From assembly GCF_001194135.2 (NCBI RefSeq), contig NC_068994.1, forward strand, positions 23,668,793 through 23,702,307: 33,515 bases of DNA, given 5' to 3'. This DNA is from Octopus bimaculoides (taxonomy: Eukaryota). Both the position numbers and the translations under genes were made by a program. This document shows, one piece after another, positions 12,735-24,011 of this stretch. The notes beneath the pieces were generated by a model that did not search any database, was not told the DNA's origin, and saw only the letters and a list, made by a program, of their open reading frames with translations. Position 1 is the first letter of the stretch. Every line of letters starts with the position of its first letter.

Positions 12735-12767
12735 TTGGGTCATCCAATAATGCAGTTTTTTCAATTG
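12735..12767 (+). mobile_element. 5' terminus of another copy of the 8792-9705 mariner family, running into a gap
   Basis: TA|TTGGGTCATCCAATAATGCAGTTTTTTCAATTG aligns to the reverse complement of 9669-9705 with a 4-nt deletion. Confidence 0.8.
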
Positions 12768-13751
12768 NNNNNNNNNNNNNNNNNNNNNNNNNNNNNNNNN
12801 NNNNNNNNNNNNNNNNNNNNNNNNNNNNNNNNNNNNNNNNNNNNNNNNNNNNNNNNNNNNNNNNNNNNNNNNNNNNNNNNNNNNNNNNNNNNNNNNNNNN
12901 NNNNNNNNNNNNNNNNNNNNNNNNNNNNNNNNNNNNNNNNNNNNNNNNNNNNNNNNNNNNNNNNNNNNNNNNNNNNNNNNNNNNNNNNNNNNNNNNNNNN
13001 NNNNNNNNNNNNNNNNNNNNNNNNNNNNNNNNNNNNNNNNNNNNNNNNNNNNNNNNNNNNNNNNNNNNNNNNNNNNNNNNNNNNNNNNNNNNNNNNNNNN
13101 NNNNNNNNNNNNNNNNNNNNNNNNNNNNNNNNNNNNNNNNNNNNNNNNNNNNNNNNNNNNNNNNNNNNNNNNNNNNNNNNNNNNNNNNNNNNNNNNNNNN
13201 NNNNNNNNNNNNNNNNNNNNNNNNNNNNNNNNNNNNNNNNNNNNNNNNNNNNNNNNNNNNNNNNNNNNNNNNNNNNNNNNNNNNNNNNNNNNNNNNNNNN
13301 NNNNNNNNNNNNNNNNNNNNNNNNNNNNNNNNNNNNNNNNNNNNNNNNNNNNNNNNNNNNNNNNNNNNNNNNNNNNNNNNNNNNNNNNNNNNNNNNNNNN
13401 NNNNNNNNNNNNNNNNNNNNNNNNNNNNNNNNNNNNNNNNNNNNNNNNNNNNNNNNNNNNNNNNNNNNNNNNNNNNNNNNNNNNNNNNNNNNNNNNNNNN
13501 NNNNNNNNNNNNNNNNNNNNNNNNNNNNNNNNNNNNNNNNNNNNNNNNNNNNNNNNNNNNNNNNNNNNNNNNNNNNNNNNNNNNNNNNNNNNNNNNNNNN
13601 NNNNNNNNNNNNNNNNNNNNNNNNNNNNNNNNNNNNNNNNNNNNNNNNNNNNNNNNNNNNNNNNNNNNNNNNNNNNNNNNNNNNNNNNNNNNNNNNNNNN
13701 NNNNNNNNNNNNNNNNNNNNNNNNNNNNNNNNNNNNNNNNNNNNNNNNNNN
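12768..13751. other. Assembly gap (N)
   Basis: N-run. Confidence 1.
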
Positions 13752-13770
13752 GTATGTATGTATTACCCCA

Positions 13771-13830
13771 TCGTCCTTGTGTATCCCTGTACATCCCTGT
13801 ACATCCCTGTACATCCTTGTACATCCCTGA
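13771..13830. repeat. 10-bp minisatellite (ACATCCCTGT) x6
   Basis: Six adjacent decamers, the core ones perfect. Confidence 0.9.
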
Positions 13831-14371
13831 GTAAAACATATGTATTTTCTTGATTCATAACTACTACAGTAATTCCAGTACAGGTTGGAAGGCAGACTAA
13901 TTTTATGTTAATGAATCTCATATCGTCTTCTTTCAACAATATTTCTTACAATAAAACTTTAGAACCAGTCATAGCAAATTAACACAAGTTTAAAATTTCA
14001 AAACCTGTGACAGCAAAAGAAAGGATCCGATATCTCCTCTAATAAACTCCTATAAAGGCTTTCATGTGTAATATTCCTCCCCCACCTCTCTCTGTCTCTC
14101 TCCCTTTCTCTCCAACCTCTCTCTCTACAGTGTGTGTGCGTGTGTGTGTTTTAATGTTTGTACGTGTATATCTGTCTTCCACGATCGATAAAATAGTTGC
14201 CTGCTATTTGTAGAGTTAATTCAAGTGACTTGCCTGCAAATTTCGAGTTTTGTGCAAGGTAATTCGTAGAAAATATTGTGGAATTGCAGAGGCATTCTCT
14301 TTCACTATCATGCTAGACCCATTAAAAAAAAAACGTTAAATCCATTCTTTTATTCCTGTTTTCTTATCATA

Positions 14372-14790
14372 GGCGTAGAAGTGGCTGTGTGGTAAGTAGC
14401 CTGCTTACGAACTACATGGTTTGGGGTTCAGTCCCATTGCGAGGCACCTTGGGCAAGTGTCTTCTACTATAGCTACGGGCCGACTAAAGCCTTGTGAGTG
14501 GAATTGGTAGATGAAAACTGAAAGAAGCCCGTCGTATATATGTATATATATATGTATATATATATGTATGTGTGTGTATATGTTTGTGTGACTGTGTTTG
14601 TCCCCCAACATCGCTTGACAACCGATGCTGGTGTGTTAACGTCCACGTAACTTAGCGGTTCGCCAAAAGAGACCGATAGAATAAGTACTAGGCTTACAAA
14701 GAATAAGTCCTGGGGTCGATTTACTCGACTAAAGGCGGTGCTCCAGCATGGCCACAGTCAAATGACTGAAACAAGTAAAAGAGTAAATGA
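14372..14790 (+). mobile_element. Full-length tRNA-derived SINE family A with CORE-like central segment
   Basis: A-box-like TGGCTGTGTGGT (14382) and B-box-like GGTTCAGTCCC (14425). CACCTTGGGCAAGT resembles the MIR/CORE motif GACCTTGGGCAAGT. Internal TA/TG microsatellite at 14534-14590, then a 3' body. Confidence 0.88.
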
Positions 14791-15537
14791 TTATTTCATT
14801 TCCTTCAACAACTCAAGCTTTTGTATGGAACACTGTCGTGTTGTAAAAATTTTACTTTGTGTCATTAATGGTCTTAAGAAAAGCTTAAGCATCTCTATCT
14901 TCTTTTCACCCTCCCCTATAATAACTATTCTTCAATCCTTAAATCCAAGAATGTAGCATAAAACCATTTTAGTATAATTCGAAGTTCATAATGCTACAAG
15001 AAGGAAAACATGCTATGCCTTGAAATAAAGGTTCTTTAGATGAAAATAAGATAGTTGTTTTAGATTTATATAAGAATTATTATAAAATATTCTTCTGTTT
15101 ATAAATATCAGTTCTGAATCTTCTACTAAGCACTATTTGATGATGCGTTTGCTTTCCTCTTTTATTTTGCTTCGTTTTATTTGCTACTTTTCTCAATATA
15201 TTTGTGATGCTCCAGATTAGTGTACAGAACAATAATCCTCAAAGCATAATTTAAAAAAAATTCTATCATTCGTCACTGGAATTTGCGCACTGTCTGACAA
15301 AGCATGTCAACAGAACATATATTGACATATTCATCATTGTAGTTGCAAACTAGATTTTTCATTATTTTAGCGAATTGTAAGTCAATCGATATTGAGAGGA
15401 ATAAAGGGAAGAAAGTCAGACAGTATGACATTATATTTGGTGACATTGTTGAGAGATACGAAGACTGTTTCAGAAACGTGTGACATTCACATATTACATT
15501 ACCAAACGTTTTGAAGAACAACGAGTCGATAAAAGAA

Positions 15538-15567
15538 GCGTGCTAACGATTCTGTCAGCTCGCTGCC
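15538..15567 (-). mobile_element. SINE family B head fragment (30 bp)
   Basis: GCGTGCTAACGATTCTGTCAGCTCGC is identical to the 5' end of the 22849 copy. Confidence 0.8.
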
Positions 15568-15571
15568 TTAC

Positions 15572-15649
<78 letters not shown>
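15572..15649. repeat. (TAA)26 microsatellite
   Basis: Direct reading. Confidence 0.98.
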
Positions 15650-15652
<3 letters not shown>

Positions 15653-16310
15653 CTCGTTGCCATGAGAAGGGGGCAGGTAGTCAACAGCAAAGACATCCAA
15701 TTACCAGATGACTAGAGATTAAAATCATTGAAAGGAGGAGAGAGTTATAAGTATCTAGGAGTATTAGAATCTGATTGAGTACTAACTACAGAAATGAAAA
15801 CGAAAATTGAGGACTTCATCAGATGGTTGAGGAAGCTTATAAAGTCAAAGCTAAATGTTCCGAATCTAGTGAAGGCTGTAAATACTTGGGTAATCATTAC
15901 TTAGATACTTAGTAGCTTTTGCAGACTGGACAAAAACTGAATTAGCAAAGCTAAACAGAAGAACTAGGAAGGAATTCAATAGGATTGGAGGACTGTACCC
16001 AAGGGTAGGAGTAACAAGATTATACCTACCAAGGAAGGAAGGTGGAAGAGGCTTAATATCAGTAGAAGACTGCATGAAGTTAGCTAGATTAGATATAGAC
16101 TCCTATGTATGTAATAGTGAAAAAGTTTACTAAAAGCTTCTAGAGTCACAGCAAGACAGGGAAACCAAAAACCCAAAACAAAGTTAAAAACCAGAAAAAA
16201 GAACAGAAATCATCTGACTGGCAGAAGAAGGCGTTGCATGGTAAATTCCCAAAGATAGTTGCAACAAATAGTAGTAGTGAGACATGGTTATAGTTGCAGA
16301 AAGGAAAGCT

Positions 16311-16351
<41 letters not shown>

Positions 16352-17090
16352 TGTTAGTAGCTGCACAGGATCAGGCATTAAGGACTAATTGGATAAAAGC
16401 CAAGATAGAAAAAACGAAGTAGATTCCCAATGTAGATTATGCAAATAAAAAGAGGAAAGCGTTACTCATATAGTGAGTGAATGCAGCATGCTGGCACAGA
16501 AAGAATACAAGAAAAGACATGACAATCTAGGGAGAGTAATCCACTGGGAGCTATGTAAAAATCTAGAATTTGAACATACAGATAAATGGCATGAACATGA
16601 ACCTAGTATAGTACTAGAAAGTAAGAAATATAAGATGTTGTAGGACTTCAATATATAAGATGTTGTAGGACTGACTGAGTAATAGAAGCTAGAAGGCCTG
16701 ATTTGATAGAGTAGATAAAGAGAATAGAAAGCGCCAGATAATTGACTTTACAGTCCCAAATGATGAAAACATTAATATGAGAAGTATAGAAAAAATAGCA
16801 AAGTACCAGGACCTAGCTATTGAATTACAGAGACTATGGCAAGCGCAGGTAAAATGTATCCCATTAGGAACTAACTCTAAAGATCTGAACAGATGGATAG
16901 AGGAAATAGGCATAAACCCCAGTTTAATACAGCTCCAGAAAACAGTGTTATTAGGGACAGCTAGGATACTTAGAAGGGTTCTTGGTATCTAAGGTTACTT
17001 GTTGTAGCCCATTTGGAAGGTTCTTGACATTTAAGGTTACTTGTTATAGCCCGATGTTTCTAATAGGCAAATCTGTTGAGTGTATTTGAA
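15650..17090 (+). mobile_element. R4/Dong-like element (copy 3), 5'-truncated in late RT with intact 3' end
   Basis: YKYLGVLE, KAVNTW, RLYLPRKEGGRGLISVEDC, LHGKF, AAQDQA, CRLC, HDNLG, RPDLI, QKTVLLGTARILRRVLGI*. Followed by a short 3' UTR and (AAT)4. Confidence 0.93.
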
Positions 17091-17102
17091 AATAATAATA
17101 AT

Positions 17103-17280
17103 CTTGTCTACTATAAGTACAACACTTGAAATTTTTTGGGGGAGTGGGGGCAGTCGATTACATCGACCCCAGTATGCAAATGGTACTTAATTTATCGACC
17201 CCGAAAGGATGAAAGGCAAAGTCGAACTTGGAGGAATTTGAACTCAGAACGTGCGCTAACGATTCTGCCAGCTCACCGCC
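17103..17280 (-). mobile_element. SINE family B, deletion between A and B boxes
   Basis: Minus strand GGCGGTGAGCTGGCAGAATCGTTAG...GAGTTCAAATTCC, lacking the AAGACGGACGAAATG segment of the other copies. Confidence 0.9.
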
Positions 17281-17298
17281 AAGAATAACAAGAATAAT

Positions 17299-17507
17299 TT
17301 TTCTACTATAGGCACAAAGTCTGAATTTTGGGGGAGGAGGCCAATCGATTAAACCAACCGCAGTATGTAACTGGTACTTAATTTATCGACTCCAAAAGAA
17401 TGAAAGCAAAGTCGACATCGGCAGAATTTGAATTCAGAACGTGAAGACGGACGAAATGCTGCTAAGGATTTTGACTGACGTGCTAACGGTTCTGCCAGCT
17501 CACTGCC
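17299..17507 (-). mobile_element. SINE family B, full length, tandem to the previous copy
   Basis: A-box-like TGGCAGAACCG, B-box-like GAATTCAAATTC, central CTTTCATTCTTTTGGAGTCGATAAATTAAGTACC. Confidence 0.9.
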
Positions 17508-17508
17508 G

Positions 17509-17580
<72 letters not shown>
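17509..17580. repeat. (ATA)24 microsatellite
   Basis: Direct reading. Confidence 0.98.
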
Positions 17581-18152
17581 GGAACGCCTGCCTTCGCAGC
17601 GGCTAGACGTGTTCTTCGCTGCTCTGACCTATCAGCAGCCGAAGACAGAAAGACTAATGCAACCCAGCAAGAAAAACTGAAAAATAACTCTCTAAGACTG
17701 GAATATCTACAATTTCCTGTGAGCATTTTAAATTTCCCACAAAATAAGTTAAGAAACTTACATATCTACAGTTTTCAAACACACAAACGATCATCTTTAA
17801 AAACTTTAATATCTACAACTTCTGTGAATACCTATCCCTTCCTTTCTCCCTGAGTTTTCGAAAATGTAAACATCCTTTTTGTTGCAACAACACTACAGGC
17901 TTCTCTGGTCGGACGTACAAGCAATCATCTTTAGAAAATTTAAAAACTTTAATATCTACAATTATTGCAACAACACAATTAAATGCTCGATGAAAATTGA
18001 GGAGGTAAGCACCTGCCAATATATGCAAATTACGAAAACTGTAAATCACAGCAAAACTTAGAAAAAGAAAAGAAAAATTTGCAAAATTCAAAAAAATTCA
18101 TAAATTCAAAAATACAATGATGTGAACGTCAGTATATACAAACATATATATA

Positions 18153-18288
18153 NNNNNNNNNNNNNNNNNNNNNNNNNNNNNNNNNNNNNNNNNNNNNNNN
18201 NNNNNNNNNNNNNNNNNNNNNNNNNNNNNNNNNNNNNNNNNNNNNNNNNNNNNNNNNNNNNNNNNNNNNNNNNNNNNNNNNNNNNNNN
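18153..18288. other. Assembly gap (N) between (TA)n and (TG)n
   Basis: N-run. Confidence 1.
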
Positions 18289-18351
<63 letters not shown>

Positions 18352-18954
18352 TTATAATTTTTTCTATCAGAAATTAAAAATAGAACAAGATGAATTGGTT
18401 ACTTTAAGGGCCAAAGTCAGCGATCTCATTGATCGCTAGTAGTAAGTAGTAAACACATTTGACCTCTACTGACTCCAAGGATGTGAGGCTTCTTTTGCCT
18501 CCTGATCGCACAGGAATGCAAAAGCTCATTGTTGGTTTCTTCGCCATCTGCCAAACCTATCTACAGACCTGTGGAATTTGGTTTATTCACCAAGATACTT
18601 CTCTTCTTCCTACTATTCCCTTCAACCCTCACATATTTATGATTATCTCAAATACAAGACAAAAGTCGAAACTAAACAACATCTAATAATACTACACAGT
18701 AGTAGTAGTAGCAAAGATGGTTAGATTTAAATAAATAATAGTTATATTGTCGCCGTGGATACAAAGCTTAGCTACAACAATACTGATCAAGGCACTATTG
18801 GTGGTAACTAACGATGAGCAATGCTGTAAAAGCAAGGTTAAAGCAATTGTGACGATATTAATGGCGGAGTCGACATTAGTTGTAGAGACAACAACCGTCT
18901 CTACATCTGCCACAACACAGGGTTCAATACCAATAATTTTAATGTAACACAAAT

Positions 18955-21900
18955 ATGTCTAACGAAACAAAAAGGAAAACTAAAACAGTACAGCAAATTG
19001 CCTGTCCTATGGTTAATCTGGTAGCGCGTCTCTCAAGACAGAACCAGCCTGGGGTCGAAAATCATCCGTTGACACAAACTCTTCTCTGAATAAGAACCTG
19101 GATGGTCACTTGAACGGGAACTGCCCCAACTCGAGCCCTCCAAATCCATCACCGCACTCACCACAGAAAGAAAAATATAAGAGGATCAAATGGATCCGAG
19201 AAGACTACACAGAAGTAATATACGCCTATTACTATGCATTATGCATGCCATCTGAAGAGAAACACACCGCACACTCTTAACACGAAATCAAGACAGCAGA
19301 CTATATTTGGACGAAAACAAGTTAGCAAATGTTAGGAGAGATATCTTCAGAAATAAAAGACTCACAGATAGTGAAATAAGTGCGAACGAGCACTCAGCGG
19401 AAATGACCTAAATATAAGACAGAAAGGAAATGAAGAACCAGACAAAGAGAGAAACTCTCGACTAGTCTCAATTGAAAGACTGCCATCTGACCAGAACATG
19501 CAAACGTCTGGAGAAACAAATTGTAACGAACCTGATAAAGATAACGAGGATAGTGGTAAAGAAACAATATTTGAAGATTACACATTTGCTGGAAAACATA
19601 GAGTCTTTGATAGAAGTGAAGCAGAAAATCCTGAATAAGCTTGCAGTTGTAAGGCACACCAATATACCTGATAGAGAACCACTTCATAAGCTCTCAACTA
19701 CAATCTAAAATAGAAAGCAAATTAAAATTGGAAACTATGTAACAAAGGAAATTATACACGAACTAAAACCAGATCTCACTGAATTAAATGAAATTACTTA
19801 CGCAGCTGGTAACATAATTGAAACCAGTTGTATGCCGCTGAAAAAACAAAGAAATACAAACCTGAGAAAAATTCCAAACTGGGAAAGTAAAATTGAAAAT
19901 GAGATTGAAATAATGAGAGGTGAAATATCAATATTGAATTAATTAATCTGTGGAAACGATGTAAAAACCAGGAAAGGACGAAAGATGAAGAGAAAACAGA
20001 TTCTCATCAAAAGAAGAACTGCTTTCAGCAAAAGAAACACTGCAACAAAAAATCCAAGCAAAAACTACAAGAATACGAAGATTTGAGAAAAGAAACAAAT
20101 TTTGCAAGCAAAATAAGCTGTTTACATCCAATGCGAAAACATTCTACAGAGAAATAGGGAAAGAGAAAATAACCGTTTAAGACCACCCCGCTGCCATGCA
20201 AGATGTTGCAAACTTCTGGAAAATATCTGGAGTGATGAAAAGACTTACAATGAAAATGCAGACTGGATTAGACGCACAGAACGATCCTATCAAAACTTAC
20301 CAGAACAAGCATGGGAAGATACCACAAAAGTAGACCTAAGAATGACACTCACGAAGGCTCATAATTGGAAATCTCCTGGTAATAATAGGGTGCCAAATTT
20401 CTGGCTCGCCTCACTCCCGCACGCACACGACAAGTTAGTCCAGTTAGTCAATGAAATTATAAGAGATCCTACGAAAACACCTGATTGGTTAGTAAGAGGT
20501 ATTACTTAACTACTCCCGAAGAATAATGAAACTAAATTTCCCCAAAACTATCGGCCCATAACACGTCTATCCACCACGTATTAAATTTTAACGTCCGTTC
20601 TAGTAGAGAAAACATAAATTTATGGACGAGAACGATATTTACCCCACTGAACAAAAGGGATTCCGACGAGGCTCATATGGATGCAAAGACCAGCTCTTAA
20701 TCAATCGCATGATCCTTGAGAACTGTCATAGCAAACGCAGAAATCTCAGTTCTGCATGGATTGATTATAAAAAGGCCTTCGACAGCATACCGCATTCATG
20801 GATCTTGAAATCGCTGGATATCTTCAAAATTTCTCCTGTGATTTCAAACTTCCTGAAACACAACAGTCAATGTGGAATACGAATCTCCAATTATACCACT
20901 CTAATGGAGTACTGACCACAAAAAATATTAATATCAACTGTGGCATTTTCCAAGAAGACTCACTTTCACCTTTGATTTTCTGCGTAGACCTAATACCCCT
21001 TACAAGTAAACTTAACAGAACAAGGTGCGGCTATTAAGTTGGTGACAAGAAAATGGGTTATCTATTTTATATGGATGACTTAAAACTCTATGGCAAAAAT
21101 AATAATGAGCTTGAAGGATTCCTATGTACTCTGAAAGCATTGGGATGGAATTTGGTTTTGATAAATATGCCAAAGCCACTTTCCAGAAAGGGAAACTGAA
21201 GACCTCACATTCAGTGGAGTAGTATGTTGACACAGTCATAAAAGAACTCAAGCAGGAACAAACTTGTAAATACTTCGGAATAAATGAGGGTTCTGGCATT
21301 CAGCATGCAAGTATGAAAGAGAAGACCAGGAAGAAATATTACAGGAGAGTTCAAGCAGTCCTAAAATCCGAGTTAAATACACGTAACAAGGTGTTAGCTA
21401 TAAATTCCTTAGCAGTTCCGGTTATTATTTACAGTTTCAATGTATTGAACTGGAATATGAGGGAAATAAGAAAGATGACAGGAAAATCCGTAAGCTGCTG
21501 ACTTTCAATAGGATGCACCAACCAAAGGCAGACGTAGATTGTCTTTACCTACCCAGAGCCCAAGGAGATCTAGGCTCGATCCAATTTGAAATCTCCTACA
21601 AAACTCACCACAATTGGACTGGCAAAATGTCTTGAAACATCTAACGACTGGATGCTAAAGCTCGTTGAAAACCATGAAAGACGTAAGAAGCTACATTCTG
21701 TTATGAAGGAGAACAAAATATTTTCAAGCGAGCTTATGCATAATATCTAGGTTGAAAAGTATGATGGAAGTGCAGCAACTGTAGTTGCAAAGAAGGTTAA
21801 ATCAATAGCAAAGCAAAATGCGTTTGAACAATTGGCTGATAAGTGGGAATAAAAATCTCTGCATGGCAAATATGTGGCCCGTAGCAAACAAGCTGATGTA

Positions 21901-22804
21901 GACCAGAAGCACACCTATCACTAGCTACGGAGCTCATGGCTAAAGGTACAAAATGAAGGCTTTATCTTCGCTGCCCAAGATCAGGGCATATTGACCCGAA
22001 ACTATCAAGCCAATGTGATGAAAAATGGTGTAGACCCAAAGTGCCGATACTGCAAGGATGGAATAGAAACATTGGACGACCTAATCTCTGGATGTAAGGT
22101 TTTAGCACCTGTAGAGTACAAATCAAGACATGACAGAATTGTTCAATATCTATACTGGATAATGTGTCGGTATTATAAAATCAAAGCTGTTAACAAATAG
22201 TACAAGCACCTCCCTGAGGCTGTAATTGAGGGAAAAGTGTAATTATTCTTTGGGACTTCTCAGTATGTACAGACCGGATCATCAAAGCAAACAAGCCAGA
22301 TATTGTTGTGAAAGACCAAAGCAATAAAGTCTGTATATTGATTGACATGAGCAACCCTGTGACCATAATATCTCGGCAAAAGAATTTGATATGCTGAGAA
22401 AATATAAAAATTTGCTCATCGAAATCGAAAAGATGTTACAATACCAATGATTGTAGGAGCACTTGGAATGATAAAAAAAAAAAAAGAACTGAAAATTATT
22501 CAATAATGACCCCTGGCTTACCATCCATGCAGGAAGTGCAAAAGATTGTCTTAACTGCTACGTCACACGTATTGAGAAGAGCATTGTCGCTGTGAACTTT
22601 CTTTCCCTTTTCCCCCTTTATTTTCTTTGTTTTTATTTTTTATTTTTCTCTCTGTCTTTCTTCCCCTTCTTCTCTATCACATGACTTTGTAAATGGAGAA
22701 TTTGGTGTGTTTATTTTAATGGTCTACCAATGTATACAGTGCGTTTCTTTGTCCTAGGTGTCAGGAAGACACTCGGCGAGAAATGGAAACGGAATTGAAA
22801 GATG
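18955..22804 (+). mobile_element. Near-full-length R4/Dong-like RLE retrotransposon (copy 4). Disrupted ORF of about 3.6 kb (18955-22595) plus 3' UTR; the 5' leader may extend to 17581.
   Basis: N-terminal RIKWIREDY. RT motifs WKSPG, NYRPITRL, EQKGFRRGSYGCKDQL (20649), WIDYKKAFDSIPH, QEDSLSP (20951), FYMDDLKLY (21065). Knuckle CRYC...DDLISGC (His lost), RHD, NKPDIVV...IDM (22290). Many stops and frameshifts; ends at a (TAA)n array. Confidence 0.95.

Positions 22805-22848
<44 letters not shown>
22805..22848. repeat. (ATA)~15 microsatellite
   Basis: Direct reading. Confidence 0.98.
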
Positions 22849-23056
22849 CCTTCTACTACAAGCACAAGGCATGAAATTATGGGGGAGGGGACTAGTCGAT
22901 TACATCGACCCCAGTGTTTTACTGATACTTAATTTATTGACCCTGAAAGGATGACAGGCAAAGTCGACCTCGGCGGAATTTGAGCTCAGAACGTAAAGAC
23001 GGACGAAATGCGACTAAGCAATTTGCCCGGCGTGCTAACGATTCTGTCAGCTCGCC
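22849..23056 (-). mobile_element. SINE family B, full length
   Basis: Minus strand GGCGAGCTGACAGAATCGTTAGCACGCC...GAGCTCAAATTCCGCCGAGGTCGACTTTGCC. Confidence 0.92.
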
Positions 23057-23219
<163 letters not shown>

Positions 23220-23221
23220 GA

Positions 23222-24011
23222 NNNNNNNNNNNNNNNNNNNNNNNNNNNNNNNNNNNNNNNNNNNNNNNNNNNNNNNNNNNNNNNNNNNNNNNNNNNNNNN
23301 NNNNNNNNNNNNNNNNNNNNNNNNNNNNNNNNNNNNNNNNNNNNNNNNNNNNNNNNNNNNNNNNNNNNNNNNNNNNNNNNNNNNNNNNNNNNNNNNNNNN
23401 NNNNNNNNNNNNNNNNNNNNNNNNNNNNNNNNNNNNNNNNNNNNNNNNNNNNNNNNNNNNNNNNNNNNNNNNNNNNNNNNNNNNNNNNNNNNNNNNNNNN
23501 NNNNNNNNNNNNNNNNNNNNNNNNNNNNNNNNNNNNNNNNNNNNNNNNNNNNNNNNNNNNNNNNNNNNNNNNNNNNNNNNNNNNNNNNNNNNNNNNNNNN
23601 NNNNNNNNNNNNNNNNNNNNNNNNNNNNNNNNNNNNNNNNNNNNNNNNNNNNNNNNNNNNNNNNNNNNNNNNNNNNNNNNNNNNNNNNNNNNNNNNNNNN
23701 NNNNNNNNNNNNNNNNNNNNNNNNNNNNNNNNNNNNNNNNNNNNNNNNNNNNNNNNNNNNNNNNNNNNNNNNNNNNNNNNNNNNNNNNNNNNNNNNNNNN
23801 NNNNNNNNNNNNNNNNNNNNNNNNNNNNNNNNNNNNNNNNNNNNNNNNNNNNNNNNNNNNNNNNNNNNNNNNNNNNNNNNNNNNNNNNNNNNNNNNNNNN
23901 NNNNNNNNNNNNNNNNNNNNNNNNNNNNNNNNNNNNNNNNNNNNNNNNNNNNNNNNNNNNNNNNNNNNNNNNNNNNNNNNNNNNNNNNNNNNNNNNNNNN
24001 NNNNNNNNNNN
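23222..24011. other. Assembly gap (N)
   Basis: N-run. Confidence 1.

Noticed and set aside
12664-13853. ORFs of 360-395 aa
   Set aside because: N-gap artefacts
17420-17507. tRNA gene at the SINE heads
   Set aside because: A/B boxes are present, but I found no complete cloverleaf and the heads are attached to SINE bodies
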